A DNA stretch of 63,963 nucleotides, filler included, from Octopus bimaculoides (Eukaryota): NCBI RefSeq assembly GCF_001194135.2. It is 7 parts of 7 records of this genome, joined end to end, with 100 filler letters (N's around TTAATTAATTAA, not from the genome) between each part and the next. Parts side by side here need not be neighbours in the genome. Positions count along the whole stretch, not along the records: positions 19,873 to 46,904 come from NC_068993.1; 6 more parts are not named here. One strand, written 5' to 3'. The notes below the pieces were generated by a model. It did no database searches, was not told where the DNA came from, and saw only the letters and a list, made by a program, of their open reading frames with translations. Below, in pieces: positions 26,204 to 39,659 of the stretch; the stretch's first letter is position 1, and every line of letters begins with the position of its first letter. A program made the position numbers and the translations under genes.

Positions 26204-26360
26204 TGCATCAGAACGCATATTCATGATACTGTGTGTTGTTTGGTATTAATAGCTTCCTTGTTCCTGTATGTATGTAGATGCATATATACGGATATATATG
26301 CGTACAAGTATAAACGCATGTGTATGTGTTTATATATATGTGTATATATGTATATGTTTA

Positions 26361-26402
<42 letters not shown>

Positions 26403-26807
26403 AATGTATTCTTAATTTAAATTTCCTCATCAATGAATTCCTTTAAATTCACAGCTATTGATATCACCGTGTAATGACTAGAGCATTATAAGCGTTATAG
26501 CTATATAGCATTATATCATTATATCATTGCAGCATTATACCCGATTAAAACAATAAATCCTGTTATGAAGCAGTTAAACCATTTCAAGTTTACAATTACA
26601 TTGATCGTAGTCCTATATAATGACTATTATGCATAATTTACTCAAACTGTAAATTATGTTACAAATGAGTTAAGTCTTTCAACTAATCACTGTTGAATGC
26701 ACGCGTAACTTTTACTACATATAAGATGAGGCGAGGTAACAAGCGAGCTTCTAGGTAGTTATTTAAAATCCTAGAAATAGCAGCCAAATATTGTCTGACG
26801 TTTGCCA

Positions 26808-27180
26808 TCTAAAACGTTATTCAGTCACTCTCTTAATTTTTCAGCAATACCAAGATCACGAATTTTGTGACATATCTTCCCATGATCAACTTTGTTGAAG
26901 GCCTTGGCAAAGCTGTGGTATATCACATCCTCATGTGAGTGGTTGAACTGCTGTTTCAGTATCCGGTTATAATGCTATAGTGGCTGTGTGAGGCAACTCC
27001 TCCTTCGACGGTAGCCATGTTGTGTTTTTGTTTATTTTCTTCTAGGAACGTGATTAGCTTTCTTTTGACAATGCGTTGCGTGACCTTGTGAGCTTAGAGA
27101 GATAGGTCTGTAATTTTTAACCTCAGCTCTAATGGACAGGGCTTATTATACCTTCTTTTAGCATTTTGGAAGTGTACCAC
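26808..27180 (-). mobile_element. CR1-like LINE reverse-transcriptase fragment
   Basis: Minus strand: KEGIISPVH..AEVKNYRPISLSS..KVTQRIVKRKLITFLEEN..TQHGYRRRRSCLTQ..DVIYHSFAKAFNKVDHGKICHKIRDLGI. This fits the NYRPISL / QHGFR.GRSC / YLDFAKAFDKVDH RT motifs. Confidence 0.85.
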
Positions 27181-27204
27181 AGGAAAAAAATATACAAGGA
27201 AATG

Positions 27205-27280
27205 TACAGTGTGAGCCAAAAGTCATGCACATAATCAGTTCAAAATGCTCCGGAATTGTCCAAGACACGCTTCAGTTTTT
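27205..27280 (-). mobile_element. 3' terminal remnant of a Tc1/mariner element
   Basis: TA-CAGTGTGAGCCAAAAGTCATGCA is a typical TIR start. The minus strand encodes KRVLDNSG / EHFEL (one frameshift), resembling the GGHFE C-terminus. Confidence 0.5.
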
Positions 27281-27350
27281 TCTAAAATTGAATAGAATAA
27301 GTAAAATAATAATGAATACACGCATACTTGCATATGATGAACAAAATGAA

Positions 27351-27400
<50 letters not shown>

Positions 27401-27427
27401 ATAATAATAATAATAATAATGTCATAT

Positions 27428-27631
27428 TTTGGTACAAGGCCAGCATTTTCCGGGGAGGGGGTTAGTTGATTACATTGACTCCAGTACTCAACTGGTACTT
27501 ATTTCATTGACCTCGAGCAGATGAAAGGCAAAGTCGACCTCGGCGGAATTGGAACTCAGAACGCAAAGACGTACAAAATGCCGCTAAGCATTTCGCCCGG
27601 CGTGCTAAGGATTCTGCTAGCTCGACGCCTT
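27428..27631 (-). mobile_element. SINE family B
   Basis: Reverse complement of the full family B head and body. Confidence 0.85.
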
Positions 27632-27644
27632 AATAATGATGATA

Positions 27645-27680
<36 letters not shown>

Positions 27681-27834
27681 GTGATGATGAATACGATGAT
27701 GATGATAACTTAATATAAATAAAATGCCAATTGTTTTGGTGTGTGAGTTTTGGTCCACCCTATATACATTATTATTGAAAGCAGTTTGATTCGGTTCTAT
27801 ACAAATCGAAGTCTCACAGGCTCGTTACAGGAAT

Positions 27835-27990
27835 GTTTGTCCACTCACTTCTACAAAGTTTCCATCTACAAAATTCACTCACAGGGCATTGGTCGGTCGG
27901 AGACTATAGCGGACAATTGTGGAAAGAGGAACCTCGTGTCGGGGACGAACACGAAACCGCGTGGTTACAGAGTGAGTTTCTTAACCACAC
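27835..27990 (-). mobile_element. SINE family A, diverged partial copy
   Basis: TTTCCATCTACAAAATTCACTCACAGGGCATTGGTCGGTC..AGACTATAG is the reverse complement of the family A body. Confidence 0.6.
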
Positions 27991-28415
27991 AAACAAGACC
28001 AAATCTGAAGGTAAACAATTTTAATGAAACAGGAAATACAGCAACAACTATTCGCCATCATTTCATTAAATGTGCAAACAACTTTAATAATGAATAATAT
28101 TAAAAGAAAAAAGTTGTTTCGTCGCTTCATGTTCTTTTGACATATCATGAAGGTTTACAATATTTTATTAATGAAGGAATTGCTATGAATGTCATTAATG
28201 CTAAAGAAAGATACAGAGGAACCTGACTAAGCTAACGGTGTTTAACTTAGTGACTGCTGACAGCAACAGAAAATTAACTATGAATAAATATTGAAGTGTG
28301 AAAAAAGTATTAGGAATTAGCTTAAAACGACATATACATACACTTACACACACATATTTATATATACATATGTATATGCATATGTATGTGTATATATGTG
28401 TATATATGCTTATAC

Positions 28416-28457
<42 letters not shown>

Positions 28458-28461
<4 letters not shown>

Positions 28462-28698
28462 AGGAGTGGTTGTGTGGTAAGTAGCTTGCTTACCAACCAC
28501 ATGGTTCTGGGTTCAGTCCCACTGCGTAGCACATTGGGCAACTGTGTTCTACTATAGCCTCGGGCCGACCAAAGCCTTGCGAGTGATTTTGGTAGACGGA
28601 AACTGAAAGAAGCCCGTCGCATATGTCCATATACATGTATGTTTGTGTGTGTGTGTGTGTATATGTTTGTGTGTCTGTGTTTGTCCCCCCCCCAGCAT
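28458..28698 (+). mobile_element. SINE family A, 3'-truncated, close to consensus
   Basis: GCGCAGGAGTGGTTGTGTGGTAAGTAGCTTGCTTACCAACCACATGGTTCTGGGTTCAGTCCCACTGCG...GAAAGAAGCCCGTCG, then a short TG tract. Confidence 0.88.
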
Positions 28699-28911
28699 GG
28701 ACGGAGATGCAGCATGGAATTTTGTCAGTGAACAGGTCGCGGTCTCAAAGCGACAAAAATATTTTGGCAAATTAAATTTAAATGTTGAAGTGAAACTAAC
28801 GGTGTTTGTGTGTTTCTTAAATGGCTTATAAACACCTTCCACGCTGGAATTGTTTTCGTTCCTGCACACGCTCTCAGATCAGGTTGCTTGCTATGGAAGT
28901 ACATCTAAGTA

Positions 28912-28949
<38 letters not shown>

Positions 28950-28981
28950 TATTCATGGGATGACTCAATATATATGTATGT

Positions 28982-29113
<132 letters not shown>

Positions 29114-29432
29114 ACACACACACATATATATACATATAGATATTAAAAAGGTTTTAGAAAAATCCATTGATACAATTACAAATATCTGGAAAGATTAAAA
29201 AAAAATAAAAAACTATAAGCTGTGTAAAAGAACCTTTTAAAAGACGATGATTAACTCTGACCTGATGGAAGGACGCGGAAACACAGGGACACACAGACAT
29301 ACGCGCACACATAACTATACATATGCATGCATATACATATAGATAAGCATACATATACATATACATACATATATATATAAATACATATATATATGTATGT
29401 ATACATATATATGTAGCTATATATATATGTAC

Positions 29433-29463
<31 letters not shown>

Positions 29464-29600
29464 TACATATATATGTATATATATATATATATGTTCATAT
29501 ATATATATACACACACATATATACATATATATGCACAAATATATCTATATATACATACATATATATGTATATATACATACATACATACATATGTATATAT

Positions 29601-29641
<41 letters not shown>

Positions 29642-29657
29642 CACACATATATATATG

Positions 29658-29715
<58 letters not shown>

Positions 29716-29739
29716 GCCATGTATATATGTTTATATACA

Positions 29740-30310
29740 TTAGGTTGGTGTAAAAGTAACTGCAGATTTTCTTGCTTTAAAACTTGATGTTTATTTTGGA
29801 ATAGACACATCTTTAACCACTCTCTTAAAGAAGAGCGGTTTTAAAGTGAAAATTGTGCTCTATGGAATTATGTTAATGGATTACTCTACCTGCATATCTT
29901 GGTTTATTTTAGGTTATCGAATAAGAGGTTGGAAAAAAACAAAATGAAATGAAAATTAGTGCTATTTTCATAGTACCATCTCAAAATGAAATACAAATCA
30001 GCGTAGAGTAAACCTAATCACGACTAAATATTTTACTGGGAACTATTAACAAACGTAGAACTCAATGTTGGTTCCGAAAATTTCTTAGTGGAGATGAGAA
30101 CCATGAAAATGAGAAAAGCTGCGGAATATTGACGGTGACCGGTTGAGGGCCGTTATTGCAGCGAACTTGTGTAAAAGACTAAAGAATATGCCGAACTTGA
30201 GGTTGACTCTTTGTAGGAAATACGTCAGAGGGTTATTCGTCCATTTTAGCGCATTCGAGTGCACCCCACCCCATATGCACACATATAAATGACGACGTTT
30301 ACACAAGAAC
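29740..30310 (+). mobile_element. Decayed mariner 5' half, cecropia/Hsmar1-like
   Basis: TIR TTAGGTTGGTGTAAAAGTAACTGCAG at 29740. Fragments KISAIF, GTINKRRTQCWFRKFLSGDENHENE and IDGDRLRAVIAAN match the Hsmar1-type N-terminus (QIRAIF..GTANERTVQWWFKKFCKGDESLEDE..DNDQLRAIIEAD). Confidence 0.8.
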
Positions 30311-31347
30311 AGATAAAAACAAAGTTAGTGCTCAGACAGTTGTAATTCTTAAAATCCAAATTTTCAATCAGAGTAGGTAATGTAGAATCCGGAAAGTAGG
30401 CTAGAAAATGCTATAGAAAATATCATTAATGGGATATGAACAAGCGAACAGTATATGGAAGTAGCTATTATTAAATCTTCACAGCTGTTTCAATGCATCC
30501 TGTAAGTAGTGGATAATATTACGCATATTATGAAATTGTTATCACAAGATAAATACACTAGTAACTGTCCAATCAACATGGAGTATACATTAAACGATAC
30601 ATAGATGGGTTTATATATACATATATACAAATATATACACACATGTCTATACACATACATATGAATATATACACACATATGTAAGTATTTATGATTGTAT
30701 CTATATATATGTATATATGTGTATATATATATACATTTATATATATATGTAAGTGTATATATATATATATATATATACACGCACACACGCACACGGGCAC
30801 ACACAGACATACAAATACACACACACACGTACACACGCGCGCACGCACACACATTCACACACATACTTATATACCACACATCTGTTATAAATCTAAGAAA
30901 TTCCAAACGGAACTACTCTTACACAAAGTCCTCGTCCATCACAAATAATTTTTGAAAAGGACTCTAACCAACTCCTTCATAACAGAACAATAAAATAATT
31001 AGTACTGCAAGTATAATTACGAACGTATTTACAGTATATATATATATATATATATNNNNNNNNNNTATATTACAGTTATGTTGAAACAGGTGAATCGGGA
31101 AAGTGCAGCATTGACGACAAAACATTTGTGGAGTAAATGATGGTCTAATTCGACTAATCGACATATAATACATCGGAGGATTGGAGGATTCCAAGTGCTA
31201 AACTATCATGGAAAATTGGGGGTGAAGGTATGTAATTTTCTAACCCACCGAAAAGCTCAGTGGAATACTCTCCTTTGAGAGCGCTACGTCTAACACGACC
31301 CGTCGTATGGTTGACAGTCAAATGAATGGAGGTGTAATGGAGATATT

Positions 31348-31871
31348 CTAGGTAAATGGGTACACTCTAGAAATGGGTTGCAATGGGAGACGGTAAGGAG
31401 CTGGTAGTGCTTGCAATCTTACCCTACCGCCCGAGCAGCACATGCCATTAGTTTCATTTGGAAATTTGAAAGCTTTGCAGAAACGACAATTTGATTGTAG
31501 CACACCATTTTGTACAGAATTATCATTTTTATAGGAACAGGATGGATCATATCTGAAAGCAGCTCCTGGTGTTGCGAAGAGCGAATTTTCATGTGATCTA
31601 TTTCTGAGAACTATTGTATTGGACCTCTGTCTAATCTGGCGTATTAAACATTGTTCTAATGATTCAGCATTAAGTATTACAGCATGCCTTAGCTGATATA
31701 GGGAAAATCTCATCTCCCTTCTTTCTTGAGACTGACGTGCTGCGGCATGCATCTCCTGACCTTGAGAAGGTCTCGTCTCCTTTCTCTGTCGAGACACTTG
31801 CTTTTGTTTTCTGTAATCGTCCTCGCTTTATACGTGTTTCTGGAGGGATTACGTCTTTTCTTTGGTGGCAT
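31348..31871 (-). pseudogene. Helitron RepHel N-terminal fragment (charged repeats plus Cys motif), frameshifted and truncated
   Basis: ATG at 31871 gives MPPKKRRNPSRNT. After one frameshift near 31800, an open frame of about 150 codons contains AAFRYDP..CRFCKAFKFPNETNGMCCSGGRVRLQALPAP, matching the C..C.A.KF..E..GMCC..GKV.L motif at the start of animal Helitron RepHel. No Rep or helicase motifs follow. Confidence 0.82.
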
Positions 31872-32524
31872 ATTTTTTCAATATTGTAAACAAAAAATTA
31901 TGAACATAGAAAAAAAATATACATTAATTTCTATTTTTGTAAGCAATTGTAAATATATATTATGTCCGTATTTTTGTATGCTGCGTAAATTTATAAAATA
32001 TAAGCAAATGAACGAAATAGCACATGTATGGAACTGCTAATTTAACGGTAAATGCTACAATAATTATTACAGAGAGACAAAGAATTTTATGTCTTACCTT
32101 GCAACTTCTGCGATAATTATCATCCAGGATGGAACCGTAAATATGTATTGTTTTAAAGGAAATGAATATAAAATTTTGTATTGACACTGGCCAACTCACA
32201 CTTCACGCACGTCAGTCGTCCACAAAGTATATAAAACAAGCAACACACAACAAGGAGAAAGAGACAAAAATAAAATAACCCGCGTCAAAATTTTTCTTCT
32301 TCTAAAAACGTTCAGTGACGTTAACTGGAGTGTGGGGTTCCAGCAGACGTCATTCCATCTTTTGATTTATCATAACCATTCTTTTCGTTCGATTTTATTT
32401 TTCACCCACTTTTGTGTTTTTTTCTGACCTTGTGTTGTTCCCTCTGTGTTTCGACCCTGTGTGGTTAATAAAAAAATTAAGTCGTCAGGTATGTATATGT
32501 ATGTGTAAATGTGTATTCGTGTGT

Positions 32525-32612
32525 GACGGAATTTGAACTCAAAACGTAGAGACAGACGAAATAACGCTAAGCTTTTCACGCGGCGTGCTAACGTTTCTGC
32601 TAGCTCGCCGGC
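32525..32612 (-). mobile_element. SINE family B head
   Basis: GACGGAATTTGAACTCAAAACGTAGAGACAGACGAAATA.CGCTAAGC...GCTAGCTCGCCG. Confidence 0.75.
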
Positions 32613-32899
32613 TTATATATACACATATATACACGCAGGTACACACATCCATGTGAGTGCGTGCGCATGTGTGTGTGCTTCTCTTTATCTGTCTGTGTAC
32701 GCATCGCTGGAAATAACTCCGTCGTGTGAGTCTCTTTACATCTCAATGTAAGATATATAGATATATAGATAAGCACTGGGGTTTGTGTGATCGAAGAATA
32801 CCTTAGATTGTGAAGTCCCACCATGGTTGCTGCCGGATTACTGAAACGCCAAAAGAATACGTTTCTAACCATTTATTCACTTCTCTTGCCCTTTCGCTT

Positions 32900-33087
32900 T
32901 ACTCTTTACTCTTTTGCCCTCTGTTTACTCTATTACTTGTTTCAGTCATTTGACTGCGGCCATGCTGGAGCACCGCCTTTAGTCGAGCTATAGTAGAAGA
33001 CACTTGCCCAAGGTACCATGCAGTGGGACTGAACCCGGAACCATGTGGTTGGTAAACAAGCTACTTACCACACAGCCACTCCTGCGC
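32900..33087 (-). mobile_element. SINE family A with its centre deleted (head fused to tail)
   Basis: Tail TTTCAGTCATTTGACTGCGGCCATGCTGGAGCACCGCCTTTAGTCGAG joins directly at ~32987 to the head segment CTATAGTAGAAGACACTTGCCCAAGG...CAGCCACTCCTGCGC. Confidence 0.85.
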
Positions 33088-33239
33088 TTTTATCTAATTT
33101 TCTAATTGTCTCCCCTGTTCTGTATAACGATCAAACCTGAAACCACTCTGTCAGTCAATTTGTCTACTAACTCACCTACGTATGCACTTATCTACTTGTT
33201 CACGTACCAATCTCTCTATCTTACTTCCCCGTCTCCACT

Positions 33240-33241
33240 AG

Positions 33242-33317
<76 letters not shown>

Positions 33318-33361
33318 CTTATCTATCTATCTATCTATCTCCATATCTATGTATCACTCTG

Positions 33362-33420
<59 letters not shown>

Positions 33421-33500
33421 CAACCACTGTAGCTCTCTCTCTCTCTCTCTCTCTCCCTCTCTCTCTCTCTATCTCTCTCTCTCTCTCTCTCTTTCTCTCT
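33240..33500. repeat. (CTAT)n and (CT)n microsatellites
   Basis: Directly visible. Confidence 0.95.
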
Positions 33501-36407
33501 TTCTATCTTTCAAACATTGTTTAACCCAGCTGACTGATTACAGTAGCCAAATCACCAGACTTTCTCTCTTACCAGGCGGATAGTTTCATATTGTGGAGAA
33601 AAGAAATGATATTAATATTGCAATATAGCATAGAAAAATCAATAAATCGATTAGCGTGGGAGTGAAGGATCGACATCTTCATAATTTCCGTGTCCAATAG
33701 CAACAGTATTAAAAGATATTGTCTATTGAATCATTAAAATATAAAGAAAAAGAAACCTTTTAAATTTCATATCTGAAAATCGGATACGAGGCAGAAAATG
33801 AAATGACAAGAAGCAGAGATCCATTCCTCCGCTAAAACATTCATTTAATATAAGATATACTGGAATACATGTTGGTGATTAGACTACATAATCTAGGTAC
33901 TGACTGTCGTTCTTTTTACTGTTTAAGCACAGGTCAGACCTGATAGAGAAGATATATGTTCAAAGATATTTTAGATATGACAATCTGTTATTATAGTTGG
34001 TATATATTCTTTTCATAGTGTATTTAGAACGACCGTTTCTTTCATTTATGCACAATCTCTCTCTCCCCTCTTCTCTCTCTTTTTTTCCTTCCCTATTTAT
34101 CTGTATAGAACTATACTATCCAAAGCGTCCTGTTTTATAGAGATGGAAAGGTTAGTTTTGAACGATATTAGGTTGCTGTTTCTTGACGGTCAAGTGCTGA
34201 CTTCTTACTGATTTCTTCCCCTTGTTAAGTCGTCTGTACTTATTCATTTGCGAGGTAGGGACTAAATACACACACATACACGTACACACATATGTATACG
34301 TGGTTATGTGTATATATATATATATATNNNNNNNNNNNNNNNNNNNNNNNNNNNNNNNNNNNNNNNNNNNNNNNNNNNNNNNNNNNNNNNNNNNNNNNNN
34401 NNNNNNNNNNNNNNNNNNNNNNNNNNNNNNNNNNNNNNNNNNNNNNNNNNNNNNNNNNNNNNNNNNNNNNNNNNNNNNNNNNNNNNNNNNNNNNNNNNNN
34501 NNNNNNNNNNNNNNNNNNNNNNNNNNNNNNNNNNNNNNNNNNNNNNNNNNNNNNGTATCTGTTAACAATCATAGCAAAAGACTCACAGTTGAGTTTTTGT
34601 ATATATATATCAACTTTAAATAGAGCTCAAAATTGATCCGTTGAAAATACTTTATTACAACAACAACAATAATAATAATAAAATAGACCTATGTACATTT
34701 TGATAGAACATCCAGAATGATTAATACATATCATAAAATATTATAACATATTATAAAATATAGGATACTCCATCTCCTCAGGGTCCCATTATTATTGCTA
34801 TTATTATTATCATTATTATTAGCAATACACAGCCAATAAAAACAGAAACCATTCAAATCCAGTTTTCATAGTTGACCCATGAAACTTTACAAAACAGGAT
34901 GAAAAAGTAATAGATGCATGAGAATACATACTTGAACAAAACAAACACATGCACTGGCTACAAATACTGCACATTTACATACATAAATGCAAAAATATGC
35001 TGTTGATATTGTTGAAATACTAATGAAGGAGCCTTGGATCTAGGTTAGAAACCGGCTCTTTCTCTATTGGCAAGAAGTCTTGAAATAAAACTGAACAATG
35101 ACATACATACATGCATGCATGCATACATACATACATACATATCGATATGTATCTATCTATCTATCTATCTGTCTATCTATCTATCTATCTATCNNNNNNN
35201 NNNCCTCTCTCTCTATCTATCTATCTATCTATGAAATCATGTGACGTCTCGCGTCTATTTACTAAAACAGACGCGAGAACGTTGAAAATTCAAATTTGAT
35301 CTAGTTGCCTCTTGAACCCAGTTCCTCACCATTGGCAGATTCCGAACTTGCTTTATGTGTACCGATAACCTGAAATGATGGTGAACTAACTAACGCTGAA
35401 TATTTTCAAGTAGTTTGCAGTCCACATCGGATCATTGAAAAGGACTTTAATTGGATCAAGAGAGAAGTGAATATATGCCTCGTAATTCTGCACCTTGTAT
35501 AAATGTGTAATAAATAAGAGGAGAATACACCACTCGGATATACGCATGCGCACACGCATACACAAATGTTCATATACACATATCTACATATACAGGAAGA
35601 AATACACAAATGGCAAACATATAAACGCACACATATATATATGCATGGTAATCGTGTTTATGTGTAAAGGCTATACAGAAATACAGTAAGATGCATCTGT
35701 GTATGTATGAATGTATGTATGCATATGTATACATGGATGTATTTATGTATGTAAATATGTATGTATGCATGAATGTATGTAAGCGTGTGTGTGTGTGTAT
35801 GTATGTATGAGTGTATGCATGTATCTATCCGTTTATCTATGCCTCATATATTTGTATATAAGCCTATATGTACAAGAGTGTGAAAACATGTAATATGTAT
35901 GTATGTTTATGTATACATACGTATATATATATATATATATATNNNNNNNNNNNNNNNNNNNNNNNNNNNNNNNNNNNNNNNNNNNNNNNNNNNNNNNNNN
36001 NNNNNNNNNNNNNNNNNNNNNNNNNNNNNNNNNNNNNNNNNNNNNNNNNNNNNNNNNNNNNNNNNNNNNNNNNNNNNNNNNNNNNNNNNNNNNNNNNNNN
36101 NNNNNNNNNNNNNNNNNNNNNNNNNNNNNNNNNNNNNNNNNNNNNNNNNNNNNNNNNNNNNNNNNNNNNNNNNNNNNNNNNNNNNNNNNNNNNNNNNNNN
36201 NNNNNNNNNNNNNNNNNNNNNNNNNNNNNNNNNNNNNNNNNNNNNNNNNNNNNNNNNNNNNNNNNNNNNNNNNNNNNNNNNNNNNNNNNNNNNNNNNNNN
36301 NNNNNNNNNNNNNNNNNNNNNNNNNNNNNNNNNNNNNNNNNNNNNNNNNNNNNNNNNNNNNNNNNNNNNNNNNNNNNNNNNNNNNNNNNNNNNNNNNNNN
36401 NNNNNNN

Positions 36408-36490
<83 letters not shown>

Positions 36491-38093
36491 AATATACACA
36501 TAGGCAAGCAAAGATGAAATCCCCCAAACATATCGATGAAGACGCGCAAAAACTAGCGACAAGCAAAGCTACATATATTGACACGTTGCACTACGAAAGT
36601 CTTGTTATCCATTCAACAATGCCTGCGTTCCAGAGAAAAATGCTTTGCTTTTGTCATATCTGAAAATCCTAGCTCAAATGGAAAAGAAAACAGCTGTGTT
36701 GACAGCAGAAGTCTCAAAAACCTCTTTGCAATTACTTTGCAAATGCAATGTGTGAACTCTGCTATCATTAAATCAGCTCTTGTTCATGGCTTTCATCTGT
36801 CATTCGCTAATGATTGCACACATCGCAGCTGCTTTCAGAGCAATCTTTTCACCAACGAGAGGCAAGCTACTTGCTATAATAACTCATAAGCATTTGATGT
36901 CCACTTGAAAACCAGTAGTTCCTCTCCAAGAATCTCTATTTTAATTAGATCCAACTCAGCGTTGCGCATAAAGAAAAAAAAATATATATATACATNNNNN
37001 NNNNNNNNNNNNNNNNNNNNNNNNNNNNNNNNNNNNNNNNNNNNNNNNNNNNNNNNNNNNNNNNNNNNNNNNNNNNNNNNNNNNNNNNNNNNNNNNNNNN
37101 NNNNNNNNNNNNNNNNNNNNNNNNNNNNNNNNNNNNNNNNNNNNNNNNNNNNNNNNNNNNNNNNNNNNNNNNNNNNNNNNNNNNNNNNNNNNNNNNNNNN
37201 NNNNNNNNNNNNNNNNNNNNNNNNNNNNNNNNNNNNNNNNNNNNNNNNNNNNNNNNNNNNNNNNNNNNNNNNNNNNNNNNNNNNNNNNNNNNNNNNNNNN
37301 NNNNNNNNNNNNNNNNNNNNNNNNNNNNNNNNNNNNNNNNNNNNNNNNNNNNNNNNNNNNNNNNNNNNNNNNNNNNNNNNNNNNNNNNNNNNNNNNNNNN
37401 NNNNNNNNNNNNNNNNNNNNNNNNNNNNNNNNNNNNNNNNNNNNNNNNNNNNNNNNNNNNNNNNNNNNNNNNNNNNNNNNNNNNNNNNNNNNNNNNNNNN
37501 NNNNNNNNNNNNNNNNNNNNNNNNNNNNNNNNNNNNNNNNNNNNNNNNNNNNNNNNNNNCTAATTTGAAAAAAAAAAAAAGAAAAAAAAAACGGAAATAA
37601 AGAAGAAAATGTAGATTTGAGAATTCATATAAAGCTCTGCTTGGTGAGAGGACGATTGGTTTAAAGAAAAACTTTTGATAAATGTAAAATGAAAGAGAAT
37701 CGGTAAAAGCACTCGAATCTTTTACAGAACACACTTCGAACTTTAGTTACAATTAACATACAATGTAACAGAGATACGACACAAGCTTACTCAGGAAACT
37801 AAATCCGATATTTTGGTCTTTATATCCACATGTTGTTGATGAGCTTCGGATCAGCTTGGATGATATCAAGGAGATCTATAATCAAAGAAGTTCCAGGCGT
37901 GACCATCTGGTCCTTATTATTTAATGACTTCTCTTTCATTTTTAAGCTAAAAGGTTGTGATATGATCGAAATTTGACAGCCATCTGTGACAAGTTGAGCA
38001 ACTAAGTAAACAGCTCAATTTTCGGTTCATAAAACCATTCATTTTTAACCCCAGGTTGACCCTAAGGCAGCATACAAGGAAAACATTTTGCTT

Positions 38094-38154
<61 letters not shown>

Positions 38155-38618
38155 ATTGAAGATGAAGAGCGAACAGGACGTTCAGTTGAGTTTGATGATA
38201 AGCTCCTTGAAGCATTACTTGAAGAAAATCCTGCATTATCAGTTGAAGAATTGGCAATAAAGCTTAGTTCAAACCATACAACCGTTAATCATCATCTTCA
38301 ACAACTTGGAAATGTTCCTAAACTTGGAAAACGGGTGCCTCATGAATTGTCCGAAAGCAATCGTAAATCCCGAGTTGACATCTGCTCTTCTCTCCATTCT
38401 TGCGAACTCATTTAACCCTTTTTGGATAGACTTGTGACTGGTGACGAGAAATGGATCTTCTATCGAAATGTTAAACGTCGTAAACAGTGGTTTGGTAATA
38501 GGGAAAAAGGTCAACCACAAGGAAAGTACATTGATGATTAAATTTCAATTAAATATAACATTTGATCACTTGTTTTCTTTATACAAAATTCGGACAGAAC
38601 TTATGGTACGAGCTTATG
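38155..38618 (+). mobile_element. Second copy of the mellifera-like mariner, 5'-truncated, with an internal deletion
   Basis: Co-linear with 2716-3078 (EDEERTGR..RVPHEL..TGDEKWIFY), then jumps at 38520/38521 to the sequence matching 3510-3600 (GKYIDD*, 3' UTR, decayed TIR). Confidence 0.9.
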
Positions 38619-39659
38619 TATATATATATATATNNNNNNNNNNNNNNNNNNNNNNNNNNNNNNNNNNNNNNNNNNNNNNNNNNNNNNNNNNNNNNNNNNN
38701 NNNNNNNNNNNNNNNNNNNNNNNNNNNNNNNNNNNNNNNNNNNNNNNNNNNNNNNNNNNNNNNNNNNNNNNNNNNNNNNNNNNNNNNNNNNNNNNNNNNN
38801 NNNNNNNNNNNNNNNNNNNNNNNNNNNNNNNNNNNNNNNNNNNNNNNNNNNNNNNNNNNNNNNNNNNNNNNNNNNNNNNNNNNNNNNNNNNNNNNNNNNN
38901 NNNNNNNNNNNNNNNNNNNNNNNNNNNNNNNNNNNNNNNNNNNNNNNNNNNNNNNNNNNNNNNNNNNNNNNNNNNNNNNNNNNNNNNNNNNNNNNNNNNN
39001 NNNNNNNNNNNNNNNNNNNNNNNNNNNNNNNNNNNNNNNNNNNNNNNNNNNNNNNNNNNNNNNNNNNNNNNNNNNNNNNNNNNNNNNNNNNNNNNNNNNN
39101 NNNNNNNNNNNNNNNNNNNNNNNNNNNNNNNNNNNNNNNNNNNNNNNNNNNNNNNNNNNNNNNNNNNNNNNNNNNNNNNNNNNNNNNNNNNNNNNNNNNN
39201 NNNNNNNNNNNNNNNNNNNNNNNNNNNNNNNNNNNNNNNNNNNNNNNNATATATATATATATATACACGTGGTATACGCATATGTGTATACGAGGACGTG
39301 TATATATAATATCCATATCAGTGGTGTTTGTAATGAATCGGAGAAAACACTTCCACAACTTAGAAAATTATATGAATTTTTCCCAGAGTTTTGAAGTGAA
39401 CGCCGTTGATACAATATCATTAACGTTAATTTCTGCGTATCATTGGAGCAATATAATTGGCTGGGGTGGATACTTACTGACGTATGGCTAGTATGAAGGG
39501 TATTACGTGTGTTTATGTATTTACGGTGTGTTTAACTCTCTCATTATAGCTACTGACTACTTGGTATTACAAGATAACTAATTATTTCACACCTACACCG
39601 TTTATTTGTATATTCACATACACAAATGCATACATCTATATTATATATATATATGTATA

